DNA of 63,968 bases, filler included, from Rhabdomonas costata (Eukaryota): assembly GCA_019059605.1 (NCBI GenBank). It is 29 parts of 29 records of this genome, joined end to end, with 100 filler letters (N's around TTAATTAATTAA, not from the genome) between each part and the next. Parts side by side here need not be neighbours in the genome. Positions count along the whole stretch, not along the records: positions 46,591 to 48,707 come from JAHMHO010005505.1; positions 48,808 to 50,924 come from JAHMHO010005506.1; positions 51,025 to 53,140 come from JAHMHO010005507.1; positions 53,241 to 55,361 come from JAHMHO010005508.1; positions 55,462 to 57,576 come from JAHMHO010005509.1; positions 57,677 to 59,793 come from JAHMHO010005510.1; positions 59,894 to 62,010 come from JAHMHO010005511.1; 22 more parts are not named here. The stretch is one strand, 5' to 3'. The notes below the pieces were generated by a model, which was given only the letters and a program-made list of their open reading frames with translations, was not told the DNA's origin and did not search any database. A program made the position numbers and the translations under genes. How positions within the stretch are numbered: the first letter of the stretch is position 1; each line of letters opens with the position of its first letter. Positions 48,124 to 60,349 of the stretch are shown piece by piece.

Positions 48124-49081
48124 CTGCAGAGAAACCAGCGACTTGTGTCGTGCTGTAGATCGTAGATGTGTACGGGGGAGCGGGCGGTTGTATCGGGCCG
48201 GGTTTGGGGTTAGGGTGGAAGCGCGTCGCAGGGTATTCTAGCGGGAGGGCCACCGTGGTGAAGTGGGAAGGCAATGGGACTCGGTTATTTGGAGCCAATT
48301 GGTCCCCACCCGCAACGGTACCAATGAGTTGACGTCCAGTCTTTGCAATTAAGATGTAAGATCCTGCCATGAATCCATCGCGGCGCTGGGGAAAGTAGCG
48401 GGACAAAATGTCGCAAGACACACAGGGGCGCGGATGCGAGGGTGAGGAGTATGGCCACGCAGCGTCTCGGGAGACCAACTGTTTATAAAAGGTAAAAGGA
48501 CCCTGGACCTGCGCTCGGCTTCGCCCTGTATTTTGATTACTTTGGTGTTGAAGGGCCCTTATTGGGCACATCCGCGCGGCACCCTCCTGTTTTGAATGGA
48601 TAGGAACCCTTTCGGGGTTGACGTTGGGGGGGGGGGCGGTAATTTTTTTTACCAGTGACAATGTTTTCAATTGCACATAATATTACAGAGGTAAAGGCCC
48701 CCAGGTCNNNNNNNNNNNNNNNNNNNNNNNNNNNNNNNNNNNNNNNNNNNNTTAATTAATTAANNNNNNNNNNNNNNNNNNNNNNNNNNNNNNNNNNNNN
48801 NNNNNNNCCTGTGTGAAGCCCATGCGGAGTGGGCAGCGTGCCGTGCGAAGCAGTACCATCGTATTCCACTGAGTATAGGGTCTGAAACATCTGGCAGCAG
48901 AATGGTTCGGGTCCTGTGCCCTGCGTCTCTATGTTGGTGTACGCGTGCGGAGCCCCCGTCCTAGAACGCAGCGTGGTGGTATGACAAACCCATCTCCATC
49001 GTGGCTGGGGTAGTCACCATTAAGGGGCATAAAAGTTGGTGATGGTGTCACGGAAACAGCGGGCAACCAGGAATAAGACAT

Positions 49082-49158
49082 GTCCGGTCTTATTTCTGAG
49101 TGGTATGGGGGACGGAATTGTGGCTGCAAGGTCGCGGGTTCAATTTCCAGACCCGGCA
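49082..49158 (+). pseudogene. tRNA-His(GUG)-like relic or head of a tRNA-derived SINE
   Basis: D-loop AGTGGT, anticodon loop TTGTGGC, T-arm GGGTTCAATTTCC and 3' GACCCGGCA partly pairing with 5' GTCCGGTC. The anticodon and acceptor stems are broken. Confidence 0.55.
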
Positions 49159-51024
49159 GGTGCGGACACGCCAATACGAGTAGCCCGTCTTGGCTCCTGG
49201 CTCCCGTCCGCCGCCTGTGTGAATCCTACCCGGAGTGACCCCTTGGATTCCACTGCGTAGCGTGGTCTGTAACTGCGATGAATGCTCAAGAAGTTCTTGA
49301 ATTTGTTTTGCATGACAACGCTAAAACAGGCTGCTGTCAAAAATTGGTGTGTTGAATTGTGACTATTCCTACCATTATTTTTATTTTTCAACCCATTTGG
49401 TATCAAAGCCTACGAACAAACATGGTTGAGACGATTGGGGTGACCAGAGCACAGCGTGATTTGGATCATGGCTGGTTGCTACAAGGTGCCAGTTGCGCAC
49501 GTTGACGTAGGTATGCTTCTTCTTAGACAGTTGGGACGCCAAATAGAATAGCGTGCAAAAGCTAAAGTGACAATGGCCTTTCCATTGGTCCCTGTCCGCC
49601 ACCTCGCTTACGACGACGGTCTCAGAAGAAAGAACCCAAAGACAAGCCCAATAATCCCGAATCCGAGAAACACCAGAAGCATCTCAGACATTACGGTCCA
49701 AAATGTTGAAATTTTGATGTTTCAGTTTCTGCTTGCGCTTGTCATTGGCTGAACATGATGCTGTGGACGTTGTGGTACAGAGTATTTTGTTGTTTTTTGT
49801 TGTTTTTATTTACGCATTTTTCCACTTCCAATGGAAAAAGGGATCACATGGTGATTTTATGTTTTGTGCTTCGGATTTCTGGTAAGGTGTAGTGTAGTGT
49901 TGAAATCTTCTTTGGCGCTATGAAATTATTTTGACACCCATATCAAGTGTACCATGAGTAGGTGAGTGGGTGCATTTTGATGATCCCTGCGATTACACAC
50001 GAAACAAAGCAAAGAAGCAACGACATCCCTCCACAGCAGTCTTTTAAAATGTCCCCAGAAGTCTTCGGGAATCACACAGAATATACAAGAAGATCAAGCA
50101 CCCTCAGGAAGAAATGACGAAATTGCAGATCCATACAACCTGATGATATTGCTTTCTTCCAGGTAAGACATAATCCACGATGATTCAGCTTGTTAGATGG
50201 CAATGCACGTGGACCATGGGACAAGTAAGAAGATTTTTGAGGGTGTTTGATGGCGATGCACGCGCTGGAGTGGTGTGTGTGGCGGTGCTGATTCACCAGC
50301 ACAGCATACTCTGTACCTCTTCACACACTCATAATATACATTCTTCTCTTTGTGGTGTCTAGTTTCAGCAGTTTTCTTGACGCACAGTTGCCGCAGCTGG
50401 TGCCAGTGGTGCACACAGGTGCCACAGGTGCCACAGGTGCAGCCGATCTGCTGTCACACATTGCCTCATCTAGTGGCGGCCATACGAAAAAATAAATAAG
50501 AAACAGACAAATAGTAAAATATAATGCAAAATTCTGCACAGTTCCATCTATCTAACCAACCAGACTTTATGATTTTTCTGAATAGCAATGGGCGCGGCGA
50601 CACAGTTTGTAATCAAAGACATTATGAAGCAAATGCTTTGGACAAATTTCTTATGCACACAACGGCTGGTGAAAATTATAAGAGAGGAACTTCCCTAAAA
50701 CTTCTAAGAGATGCGCGTGGGCAAACGAAGGAAACTTGATGCTTGATACTAAGTGTGGAAACAAATTGGGAGGCACAGTGTCCCAAGGAAGCTCCATAAG
50801 ACACAGAGAAGACTGTGGAAGCAACAGGTCACACGCCAAGGCTCGGGCAGCGAGAAATTATCACGCCAACACGCTGTAAAAACCCCACGGACATAAACAA
50901 GAAAGAAGGTGCACTTAAACACAANNNNNNNNNNNNNNNNNNNNNNNNNNNNNNNNNNNNNNNNNNNNTTAATTAATTAANNNNNNNNNNNNNNNNNNNN
51001 NNNNNNNNNNNNNNNNNNNNNNNN

Positions 51025-53083
51025 CTGTTTGTGTGAAGGAGCTGGTACGCCTCATGGGCGGCACGGTGGTTTCCATTCATTGCTCTGGCGATTTCACTGA
51101 GCACGAGTTCAAGGGGTGTTTTGTGCCAGTTGGAAACAGCTTCGACTGGCAGCCTTCCGTCCTGGTGGAGGCCTATGCCACCCATGCCAACGGGGCTGCG
51201 TCATTCACAACCGACACCCCGCCAGACCCCAAACCCAAGGCTGTGGTGCTCCTTGAGGATATCGACCAGGTTGAGGCGGCGGTGCAGCTCTTTTTATTGC
51301 CTTTCCTTGATCCCCGGAGGGAAGTTCTCTTTTTGGAGGGTCAGGCCTCTCCGGTGAACCCCAGGAGCATCACCCTGATCGCCACGTGCACCACCACGGA
51401 CCTCTCCTCTGCAGCAATGCAGACGGTGGAGGGCCACTTCATGGAATCCAGGATGGACATCCTCAGCACCTGGGAGCTGAGCGTCATCCTCAGCCATCTC
51501 CTTACCAGCATCTCAGACAACTTGGGCAAGCTCCTGCACAGCCTTCACCACGAGCTCTCGAAAAAGTTCGACCAGGGCCTCGCCACCTTCAACCTACGAG
51601 ACGCGATAAAGTTCTGTGACTTGCTCCGCAGCCTGGGTGTGCCTGGGCGATGCAGCTGCAGCCCCAACGTTCTGGTGGGCCTTTCCGCCCTGCTGGCCTA
51701 CGCGGAGGGTCACCCTCGACTTCAGGACCGCGAGACCGCCCGGAAGTTCATTCTGGACAAGCTGCGGGAGCTGGGGATTCTGGACGTGAAGAAGGAGCAG
51801 CTCTTTCTCGCGGAGGTTAGTAGGGGCAGCAAGATTTTCGGGCACCTTCAGCTCGTCGAGGGCGATTTAGGTGCAGAGCCTGAGGGCCTCGAAGACGGGG
51901 AGGGCCCCGACAGCTTCGTATACACGTGGTACTCCGCCCGGCTGCTGCAGATCATCGCCATGATGTCCACCAGCCGCCGGATGGTGGTCGTTGAGGGCCC
52001 CACATGCAGCGGGAAGACCGAGGTTTTGGGGGAGCTCGCCGTGCTGTTCCGGCAGAAGGTTTTGACGGTCTCCCTGCACTCCGAGACAGAGGTTTCGGAC
52101 CTGCGAGGGGGCTACGCCGCCCTTATCGTGGATAACACCGAACCCTGCTCCGAGGAGTTGAACGTTATCGTGGGGCAGCTTCTGAAGCGCATGACGCACA
52201 AGGATATTATGGACTTTTCCGCGGAGCTTATCAAGGCGGTGTGTGACCCCCAATGTGGTTCACGGCCTGCCACGTCCTTAAAGACCATGTGGTCGTTAAT
52301 AACATCACAGTTCGTCACTGTTTCTACTGTTATCATTTGTTAAAAAAAAAGTAGCACCTGTTGGTTGGGGGTTCAGCTTTTCAGTACCAAGGCCAGCATG
52401 ATAGGCTTTCTGTTTCATATTAGATGGGCAGGTTGAATTTCAAAGCCCGTCCCCCGTCCCGATCCCTTGCACTATGCACTCTCAGTCCATATCTCAGCTT
52501 CTGATCGCTCATGTTATGTTGTAGTGTTCCGTTCCTGTTCACCATGCATTGCAACGTAATTGGAAGGTTCTGTGACGTTGAGTCCCCGCTCCCTAAATTA
52601 AATGGTGGTGCCGTCGTTTCCGTCGTCCATATAATTTTGCTGAGATGACAGGTTGAATTAGGATGAAGCCAGAAAGGTTCCGGCTTGGTCTTTTGTGCTC
52701 AGGACGGATCTGCCGGGCTTCTCCAGAGGGCCTGCGACGGGCCCTCCGGTGAGCCGGGGCACCCCCCAACGGCACAGCAATCACTGCTCACCGCCCCAAC
52801 AGCCACCGACGACGACGACGAGGGGCAGCAGCTTGAGCTGCAGAGGACATCCTGGAGGGCCACGGTGGACGCCGTGAGAACCCGTGTCAAATGCCACGCG
52901 CCCGACTTGCTCGGACCGCTGGAGGACCTGATCCAGAGGCAGAACTTGGAACGGCACACCTTCTTTGCAGCTGACGGTGCGTGGCACCTCCCCCTTCCCA
53001 CAGACGACTGCGTTGTCCCTCAAGAAGCGAAAAATTTGCAGCTTTGGGCAGATTGCGCCGGGAAGTCGGTAGATTCAGGTGAG
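51025..53083 (+). CDS. Midasin-like tandem AAA+ ATPase, partial
   Basis: A long exon (51025-~52312) holds a first AAA module (SIHCSGDFTEHEFKGCF...FDWQPSVLVEA...VLLEDID...FNLRDAIKF) and a second with Walker A VVVEGPTCSGKT and SLHSETEVSDLRGGY. A probable further exon lies at 52703-~53083. Confidence 0.75.
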
Positions 53084-56000
53084 GTCGGGGTCTGATATGC
53101 ATCTTTCCTGATGTGGGCCGCTCATTCCCCTTTACCCAAANNNNNNNNNNNNNNNNNNNNNNNNNNNNNNNNNNNNNNNNNNNNTTAATTAATTAANNNN
53201 NNNNNNNNNNNNNNNNNNNNNNNNNNNNNNNNNNNNNNNNGGGGTTTTTTCCCCCAACAAGGGGGAGACCCACAAGGGGAAGAGGATGCAAAGATGCAAA
53301 ATTATTGGCCTTTTCAGGATCCTTTTTATTCTGAGTCTTGCCAGATACTTCTCGCCTTCAAGCCTTGCGAACGGCAGGATTCCACAGAGCATATCCTCCG
53401 AGAATGAGGTGGCAGTAGGCCACCTGGATATTCGGTGCTTCCGAAGGCGCGGTCTGCCCTTCAGCTCCACTTTTGACCGGGACCAAACTTCCGCCCAAAA
53501 AGGTTAACATAGCTCCAACATCCAGGAGGTGGGCCTTTCGGGGTTTGCTTGGCGATTGAACCAGAAGAAGAAGCTGAGAGTGGGATAAGGACGCTGGCGG
53601 AAGAACCAAAACAGGCGGTATGCTCAACTCGAAGGATGAAAGGAGAACTGAACTACCCATTCCCACAGTCCTGCCTTCCAAAACAGGGGTCTGTGACAGA
53701 GCGCAGGCTTTTTTCTGCCAATTCATCATATGACACGGAACCTGGTGGGTGGGTTGGGGATGTGCCTTTCGCAAAATAACATAAAACCGATTGGCGCCAT
53801 TGGGATTTGTTGGGGGGGAGAGAAGGAAGGGGAGGAGGAAAACAGCAGTGGGGACCAGCGGGTGACGGCGGCACGAAGTGGGCACTAACTGAGAATGCCC
53901 ACGCACACAAACGCACACAATCTCTCTCACACAGAAAGACCATTCCGGACAGAACAGAATGAAACAACACAAACAGTACAATGGAGTGGAAGTAGACTGG
54001 TGAGGAGGACAACGAGAGAACCGGGGGCTGGGGGCAGATGGCCACGAGAATGGTGTGGGCATGCATGAGCGTGCACGTGAGCCTGCACGTCAAATGGAGC
54101 ATATAGGCGACGTGCAATAGGGTGCACCGGGAGGGGGAGGGTGTCTGCAGGCTCAAGACCAGAACGGGCACCCGTCGCTCCGGAACCACGGAGTGACAGC
54201 TGCCCCCCTAGAGATCTCCCAGCCACAGTGAAAGCAAGGGAGTCTGCATAAGTCCATTTCCATCGTCATTCATCTTAGAATAAACCGATGTGTGTTCGCG
54301 TGTGTGGAAGGCAATGGGAGAGGAGGAGGTTGGGGTGGATGCCCCAGCTTGACACAAGAACACACACACACACACACACACGCACGCCCAAGTTTGGGGA
54401 GAAGGTAGTCTGAAAAAAAAAGAAGCAGTTGGGCTGCACTGAGCGTCACCGAGATGACGGTCGCGAGAAAATGCAAACAAAACAGAGGCCATGGTGAGAG
54501 GTGAGGCGCTTTGCTCTGGTTTTGCTCCAAAGCAAGCACACAAACACACACAAGCACACACGCGAGCAGCCACACAAGCCACAGCGTGCTTTGTGTGGTG
54601 ATGGGATGGTGGGCGTGCTGGTGGTTGTGGCGCAGTGCGGGATGGGTGGGTGGGTGAGGGTGACCGGAAGTGCGAAGGTCCCGTCCCCCTCTCCCCCCTC
54701 CCCTGGCGAGAGGAGGCACTGAGGTATCACACGAAAATATTCTCGCTGGAAAGGGCATGATGCAACAGGATAGGCAGGAGCTGGGCAACGGGCATGTGGA
54801 CGGGCTGGGCTTGTGCGCGCCTCCTTGGTGGGAATGGGAAATAGAGAGAAAGGTTGAGCACCATTTAGGGGGATGTTGTGGTGGATTCGGGGTGCTGCGC
54901 ACCGGGAACGCAGTGCCCTTACCCCATTTCACACCATCTAAATGGCACCAATCAGCTTCCTAAATGCCCTCCCTGCCCTGAACACCTTCCTTTCTCGCTT
55001 ATGGGCGCACGGTTCGCGGGTATCTATACGGTGGTCGGGGGACGAACACCCCCCCCCCACAGCACAAACACAAACCCAAACAGCAGAAAAACAAAAAAGC
55101 ACTTCCAATCACTCCACTCATGCACACAATGGCAACACGAACCCTCACCGGTCCCCACTGCTTCCCCCCTCCCCAAAAATCTCGGTCCAGATTTCACCAC
55201 AAACTAGAGAACGCCGACGGCATCCACAAAAAGACGTACAAACCCATTGATTCTCCTTCTGCTCCTCCTTCTCCTCCTTCTGGACGCTAAGTGTCTTCTT
55301 TGCCTTTGGATGCTTGAACGCATTTCTCTAACACACACACACACACACACCCCCCCAAACCNNNNNNNNNNNNNNNNNNNNNNNNNNNNNNNNNNNNNNN
55401 NNNNNTTAATTAATTAANNNNNNNNNNNNNNNNNNNNNNNNNNNNNNNNNNNNNNNNNNNNGTTTTTTGGTCCCGAAAGGAGCGTAGTGTGCGTGTTTAC
55501 TTGCTTGTGAAACACAAACTGTATGGTCAAATGCGCAAACGTTCAGTTCTTTGTACTTGGACAGTGTGTTGACGAGTCTGTTGCTGGTGCTTTTGTGCGT
55601 CATCTGGGATGGTGCATGGGATGGTGCATTTTCGATGTACTTTGTAAATTTGAAAGCCAAGCTGGGCGCACAGGATGCCCCGTTGCTGGAAGCAGCCAAC
55701 CCCGTGAGAAGAAAAATGTGTTTTGTTTCATCACTCACTTTTGCTTTTTCCTTTGAACCGTCCTTCAGCCCGCCTCTGTGCCTTTGAATTGCTTTGAGAT
55801 TCCTTTCCTTCCCTCCTTCTCCCACCTGCATGCTTGATGCAGAGTTTTTTTCACTGTGTGCAAGTTCCGTTGAGGTTCCATTCTGAGCTTTTTGAAAAGA
55901 CAGGGAGGGTCCCCTTCAGAAATGCCTACTAGTTTGCAGAATAACGGCTTTCTGCTGCTATTTTTGGGGAGTTCAGATTACCGCCTTTCTTCTGATCCTG

Positions 56001-56447
56001 ATGCCGTTCCAGGCCGTGTGTCATCCTACCAGTAACACAAATTCTGCGCACTCCAAGCGGCGCGGAGGGAAGAGGGGGGGGGGAGGGTGCTGCACTACCC
56101 TTCCCAACAAAAAGAAGTCCTGGTACTCCCGCGTATCCCTACGCAATACCGCCGTTGCTGCCCAACACGAGCCCTCTGGGGTTGCCGAATCTGTCTTAGC
56201 CATGTGCCTCACTCAAGCCTAGGGTTAACCGTTCTCAATACGCACGCAATTCTCCCCACTGGGACACTGTCCTGTCGACAAAGCGAGCTCGTCCCAATAC
56301 CTGAAAAGTGCTCCGGGCGAATACTTTGGCTTGCGTCTCGCTTCCGTTTTTGCACCTGCGAACTCTCAGTTTTGCCCGAGTGGAAATGTTGTTCTCTCCT
56401 CCCCCGTCTCCATGTATATCCTCTCTCCCCTCTTTGTGCTCTCCGAG

Positions 56448-57576
56448 CTCCCCTGCACACTGTTCCGGAGTCTCCCCGGCCTCGCCTGCATTCTCGCGCA
56501 AGCCTCGGCCCCCGATGCTGCCTGTGGGTAGCACTTCCGAGGCCACCGGGAGAGAACTGCAAACTTCCGAGAACATTAACATGCATCCGAGAACTGGTAT
56601 GTCTCCACTCTGAAGTTCAAAACAGACGAACGCCCGGGCGACTACCGCCCGTGCGACAGCAATGTGAAACTTTGTTTCATTTTTCCCCAATGGTTTTCTT
56701 TTGCCACACTTGCTAGGGGCGCCCAAGACGTCTGAGGAAGTGTCCACTCCGCAGCTCCAAGGTGACCAGATGCTCTGCGGTGTGAAGGGGGACCCTGTTC
56801 GAACTCCATCGACGGGCTCGCCCCCGAGGCGTCATCAGACCCGTCCGCAGCGGGAGAGTTTCCCCGTTGAGTCGGACGTTCCGGCACCTGTGGCTGAAGC
56901 TGTCGTGGTGGGCCCCTTCTTGCGCAGCCCTGTGCGCCCGCGCCTCGGCCTCCGAAGCAGCAGTGAGTCCCCCCGTGGACATGCCCGCAGTCCTGGAAAG
57001 GCCCCCACAGGGCGGCTGGCGCTGGTCTTCACAGATATCCAGGTACGAAGGCTGTGCACTTCTCCACCTTCCTTGCGGACCTGTGGGTTTAGTGCCTGAG
57101 GGAGGGAGGGAGGAGGGAGGGACCAACCTCCTCCAAGTTGCAAAATAGGTAAGCACAAAATGAGCAGCACAGTGTTGCCATCTGAGCCTCCTCTCTTCCA
57201 CTTGTCTGTTCGGTCGATCCCGTGTACTGCTTGCTGCCTTTCGCAGGGCTCCACTCGGCTCTGGGATATCCACCCCTTGCCCATGGCCTCCGCACTGGCG
57301 CTGCACAACAAGGCCCTGCGGCGGCTCATCGCCCGCCATGAGGGCTACGAGGTGAGTCTCCCGGTTCTCAGCATTCTCAGCGTATGGTTTGGTGTTTTTG
57401 GCGTTTGGATGTTTAGAGCCTGCTTTTTTCCTGTAAACAGGTGAAGAGCGCCGGAGATAGCTTCATGGTGGCCTTCCCGTCGGCGCGTGTGGCGGTGCAG
57501 TGGGCAGTGGCTGTGCAGCTGGAGCTGCTCTCGCTGGATTGGCCGGCGGAGCTGAGCCACTTGAGTGATGCGGCGC
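56448..57576 (+). CDS. Adenylate cyclase (euglenozoan/fungal-type class III catalytic domain), partial
   Basis: Exons 56448-56596, 56717-57042, 57247-57351 and 57441-57576 give KAPTGRLALVFTDIQ|GSTRLWD...MASALALHNKALRRLIARHEGYE|VKSAGDSFMVAF...VQLELLSLDWP. Both metal-binding Asp residues are present. Confidence 0.92.
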
Positions 57577-57689
57577 NNNNNNNNNNNNNNNNNNNNNNNN
57601 NNNNNNNNNNNNNNNNNNNNTTAATTAATTAANNNNNNNNNNNNNNNNNNNNNNNNNNNNNNNNNNNNNNNNNNNNTTTGTGGGGGCTT

Positions 57690-58375
57690 TGTGCAGTGAT
57701 GAGGGGAAATTGAGGGTGTTTTTAGAGAAGTATGGCATGCTTTGCTCTCCTCCTTCAATCTGTTCGACTTGTGGAGGCCCGGTGTCTGGTGTCTGATGTG
57801 CAGCAGTGGAGAGGCAAACCTCACGCAAGAGAAAGGGTTGTCGCATCTGGATTTCCTGTGCATCGAGCTCATTGCTGGAAGGATGCCACATCTCTTTCAA
57901 GCAGCTCCTCTACCTCTTCTACTTCTGGTCACATGATTGTGGCGGCTCTCGGGCTGTGGACATGCTCGGTCTTGGAAAACACTGTGTTGCTGATTGGAGC
58001 CAGCGACTCAGGGTTTGCGTGGCCAACGCAGAAGCGGCTGCGGAGCGTCCTCTCGGTGGAAGGGGTTATGAGCTCGAGTGCGATGAGTGTGAAGTTGGTC
58101 GTGCTCAAAAGGGCATGTATGGTCATAAAACTGTGGTCAAGGAGTCGTTTGGGGTGTTAGATGCAGATCTTCTGGGAAGGTCATCATAGAGCTTTTCGAC
58201 AAGTGGCAGAAGGGGGATGATATAGAGCGCCGGTTTGGCCCTCCCAGTGTGGATGATGTGGAAGCACTTTTCCTCTCAAAGATCAAAAAGGGACCATCCT
58301 GTTTACTGATGGTGCTCGTTGTTACAGTGTTGTGGCCAAAAAAGCTGGTTTTTTCCATGATTATGTGGATCATGG
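57690..58375 (+). mobile_element. Merlin-superfamily (IS1016/IS1595-related) DDE transposase, frameshifted relic
   Basis: N-terminal LEKYGML...CSTCG zinc finger, then LLYLFYFW, LGGRGYELECDECEVG (GGxGxxVExDE), IKKG.ILFTDGARCY and FFHDYVDH, spread across frames with stops. Confidence 0.82.
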
Positions 58376-59247
58376 GTACTTTCCGTTCTGGCTTCTCTTT
58401 CAAAGGTGGGTACAATAGCGCACTCTTGCCTGATATGCTTCCGATTCATTGTTAGATGCACGCCAAATGCTGCTAAATGGCTGCAGGAAGATTGTTGTCC
58501 ACTGTCGGCTCCGCAGGTCCCGCGTTGGGTGGACTTTGGCTTTCTCTTGAGTTTTCGACTGTTTTTCTTGCTTTCTTGGTTCCTTCTATTTGTTTCGATG
58601 GGTGAATCTGCGTGCAGGCTGAAGCGCTGGTACGATGCCAGGGATATGTCCCAGACTCGGTGGAGCGAGACACTACCCCAGTACACTGCAAGCTGCACGA
58701 GCTGATGCTCTCCCGCTGCCTCTCAAGCCGAGAGCCCGCCTCGTGACTAGTAGTGACTGACGCAGATCTCTGGTTCCTGAGAGATGGTTTTTAGGCTGTG
58801 TCTGGGGTCATGGCCTGGTGCCGATGCTGAGCTTCTGTCGCGCTTTCCGTCCAGCCGCCAGATTGTATTGTGACGCTACCATCCTCGGTGCTGCCGATGT
58901 CACCTCACATTGTCAACCACACTGCCTTTTCTTAACAATGTACAATCAGCCACGCTCTTGTTTGTGAGCACAGCATTGGAGGAAGAAAATGACTCATGAG
59001 CTTTGGCGGACTCGATGGAGATGTGAGCCCGTTCCCAAATTTTTGGAGGCATTTGTTAATGCTTTTTGTTTGTTGGAGCGAGGCTGCGGTGTGTTTCTTT
59101 TTGAGTTCTCAATCCCCAAATCCTCGAATCCTCGAATCCGCCAGCGCTTTGATGACAGTCGACCGAAAACCCTTGCAGGAGCTCGCGTCTGCGGCCCCAA
59201 AACGGGGGACAAGGCCTGCTTTATTAATTCCATGTTTGGTTGAACTC

Positions 59248-59300
59248 TAGGGATGCTCTGTCGCGGTTTTAATGGTAATAAGGGTAATAACGGTAATAAT
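59248..59300 (+). mobile_element. Possible hAT-type transposon or MITE terminus
   Basis: TAGGGATG (Ac-like TIR start) followed by three GGTAATAA subterminal repeats. The partner end is not seen. Confidence 0.35.
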
Positions 59301-60349
59301 CGCGTTCCGCGGGTCCCTATTCCAGTGGTGTCTGAGGCGAACAGGCTCACCTCCTCTTCATTGAAATCCATTGTCAATATGGTTTAGGAGATGGTAAAAT
59401 GTAGTGCCCAGACTTTGGGTGGTGGGCAATCTAAATTAGTGTACCGAAATTCCAGCGCGTCTTCCGGCTCGTTCCGCGCGATTCTAAAGAAAGCAATAAA
59501 GGCCGCTCCTTCGGGAAAAATCTTCGGGAAAAAACTGCAAACGCGGGGCCTCTGTGAGCTAAAGGTGGGCCTTGCCCGATAAGTTGTTTCGTGTTCCAAA
59601 TGCCTGTGGCCATTGCCCGCGCTCCACCTGACAGAAACGCTGTCCACCGTTTTCTCCGCAAATTTCTTGGCGGGAATCTTACCGCGCACCGCGGCCACAC
59701 GCAGTTCACACGAACGTTCCCCTTTCCCCCGCGGACAAAGCGCCCAAAAGCCTTCATGGAATGAAGTGCCAAGCTTTTTCCGGCCACAAAAACNNNNNNN
59801 NNNNNNNNNNNNNNNNNNNNNNNNNNNNNNNNNNNNNTTAATTAATTAANNNNNNNNNNNNNNNNNNNNNNNNNNNNNNNNNNNNNNNNNNNNGGTTGTG
59901 GGGTTGGGCAAAGGAAACCTTGCCCGAGCATGCGCCACACCCCCGCTTCGACAGTATGAGGCTGCAACGACTGCAATTGAGCCCCTTTTGGTTTTGTGGT
60001 CAGCTCAAATAACATTGCAGTGGTGTGATTGGATTACGGGCCCTCGCTGAATCCCGAACCGGAGCAGGGCAGCAGCTCTGGTACAGCAATAAACACCGGG
60101 CGGTGACCCCGCAGGCAGCAGCAGCAGCAGCAGTAGCGTCGGCGAATCCGGAACGGTTCCGGATTCACATGCGAATTTTCAGACTGGTTCCTCTTTCTCT
60201 TCGGTGGCTCGGCCCGTCTATTTCTGCCTCTTCCCTAACTGCGCCCAGGCGCGCGAACGTGGCAGCGGTTGGCAAACGCCGCGTGAGCTGTGTCTTCTTT
60301 TGAACAGCTTCCACCTGCCGTGCGGACAATTTCCCAGTGAAGCTTTCCT

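Noticed and set aside
49093-49102. TTTCTGAGTG resembling the start of the Euglena spliced leader
   Set aside because: The match is only 10 nt, lacks the following T-rich leader and GT donor, and lies within the D-arm of the tRNA-like relic.
50290-50450. Cys-containing minus-strand stretch resembling a piggyBac C-terminal Cys-rich domain
   Set aside because: The Cys spacing is incomplete and no DDD core or TTAA/TIR was found upstream.
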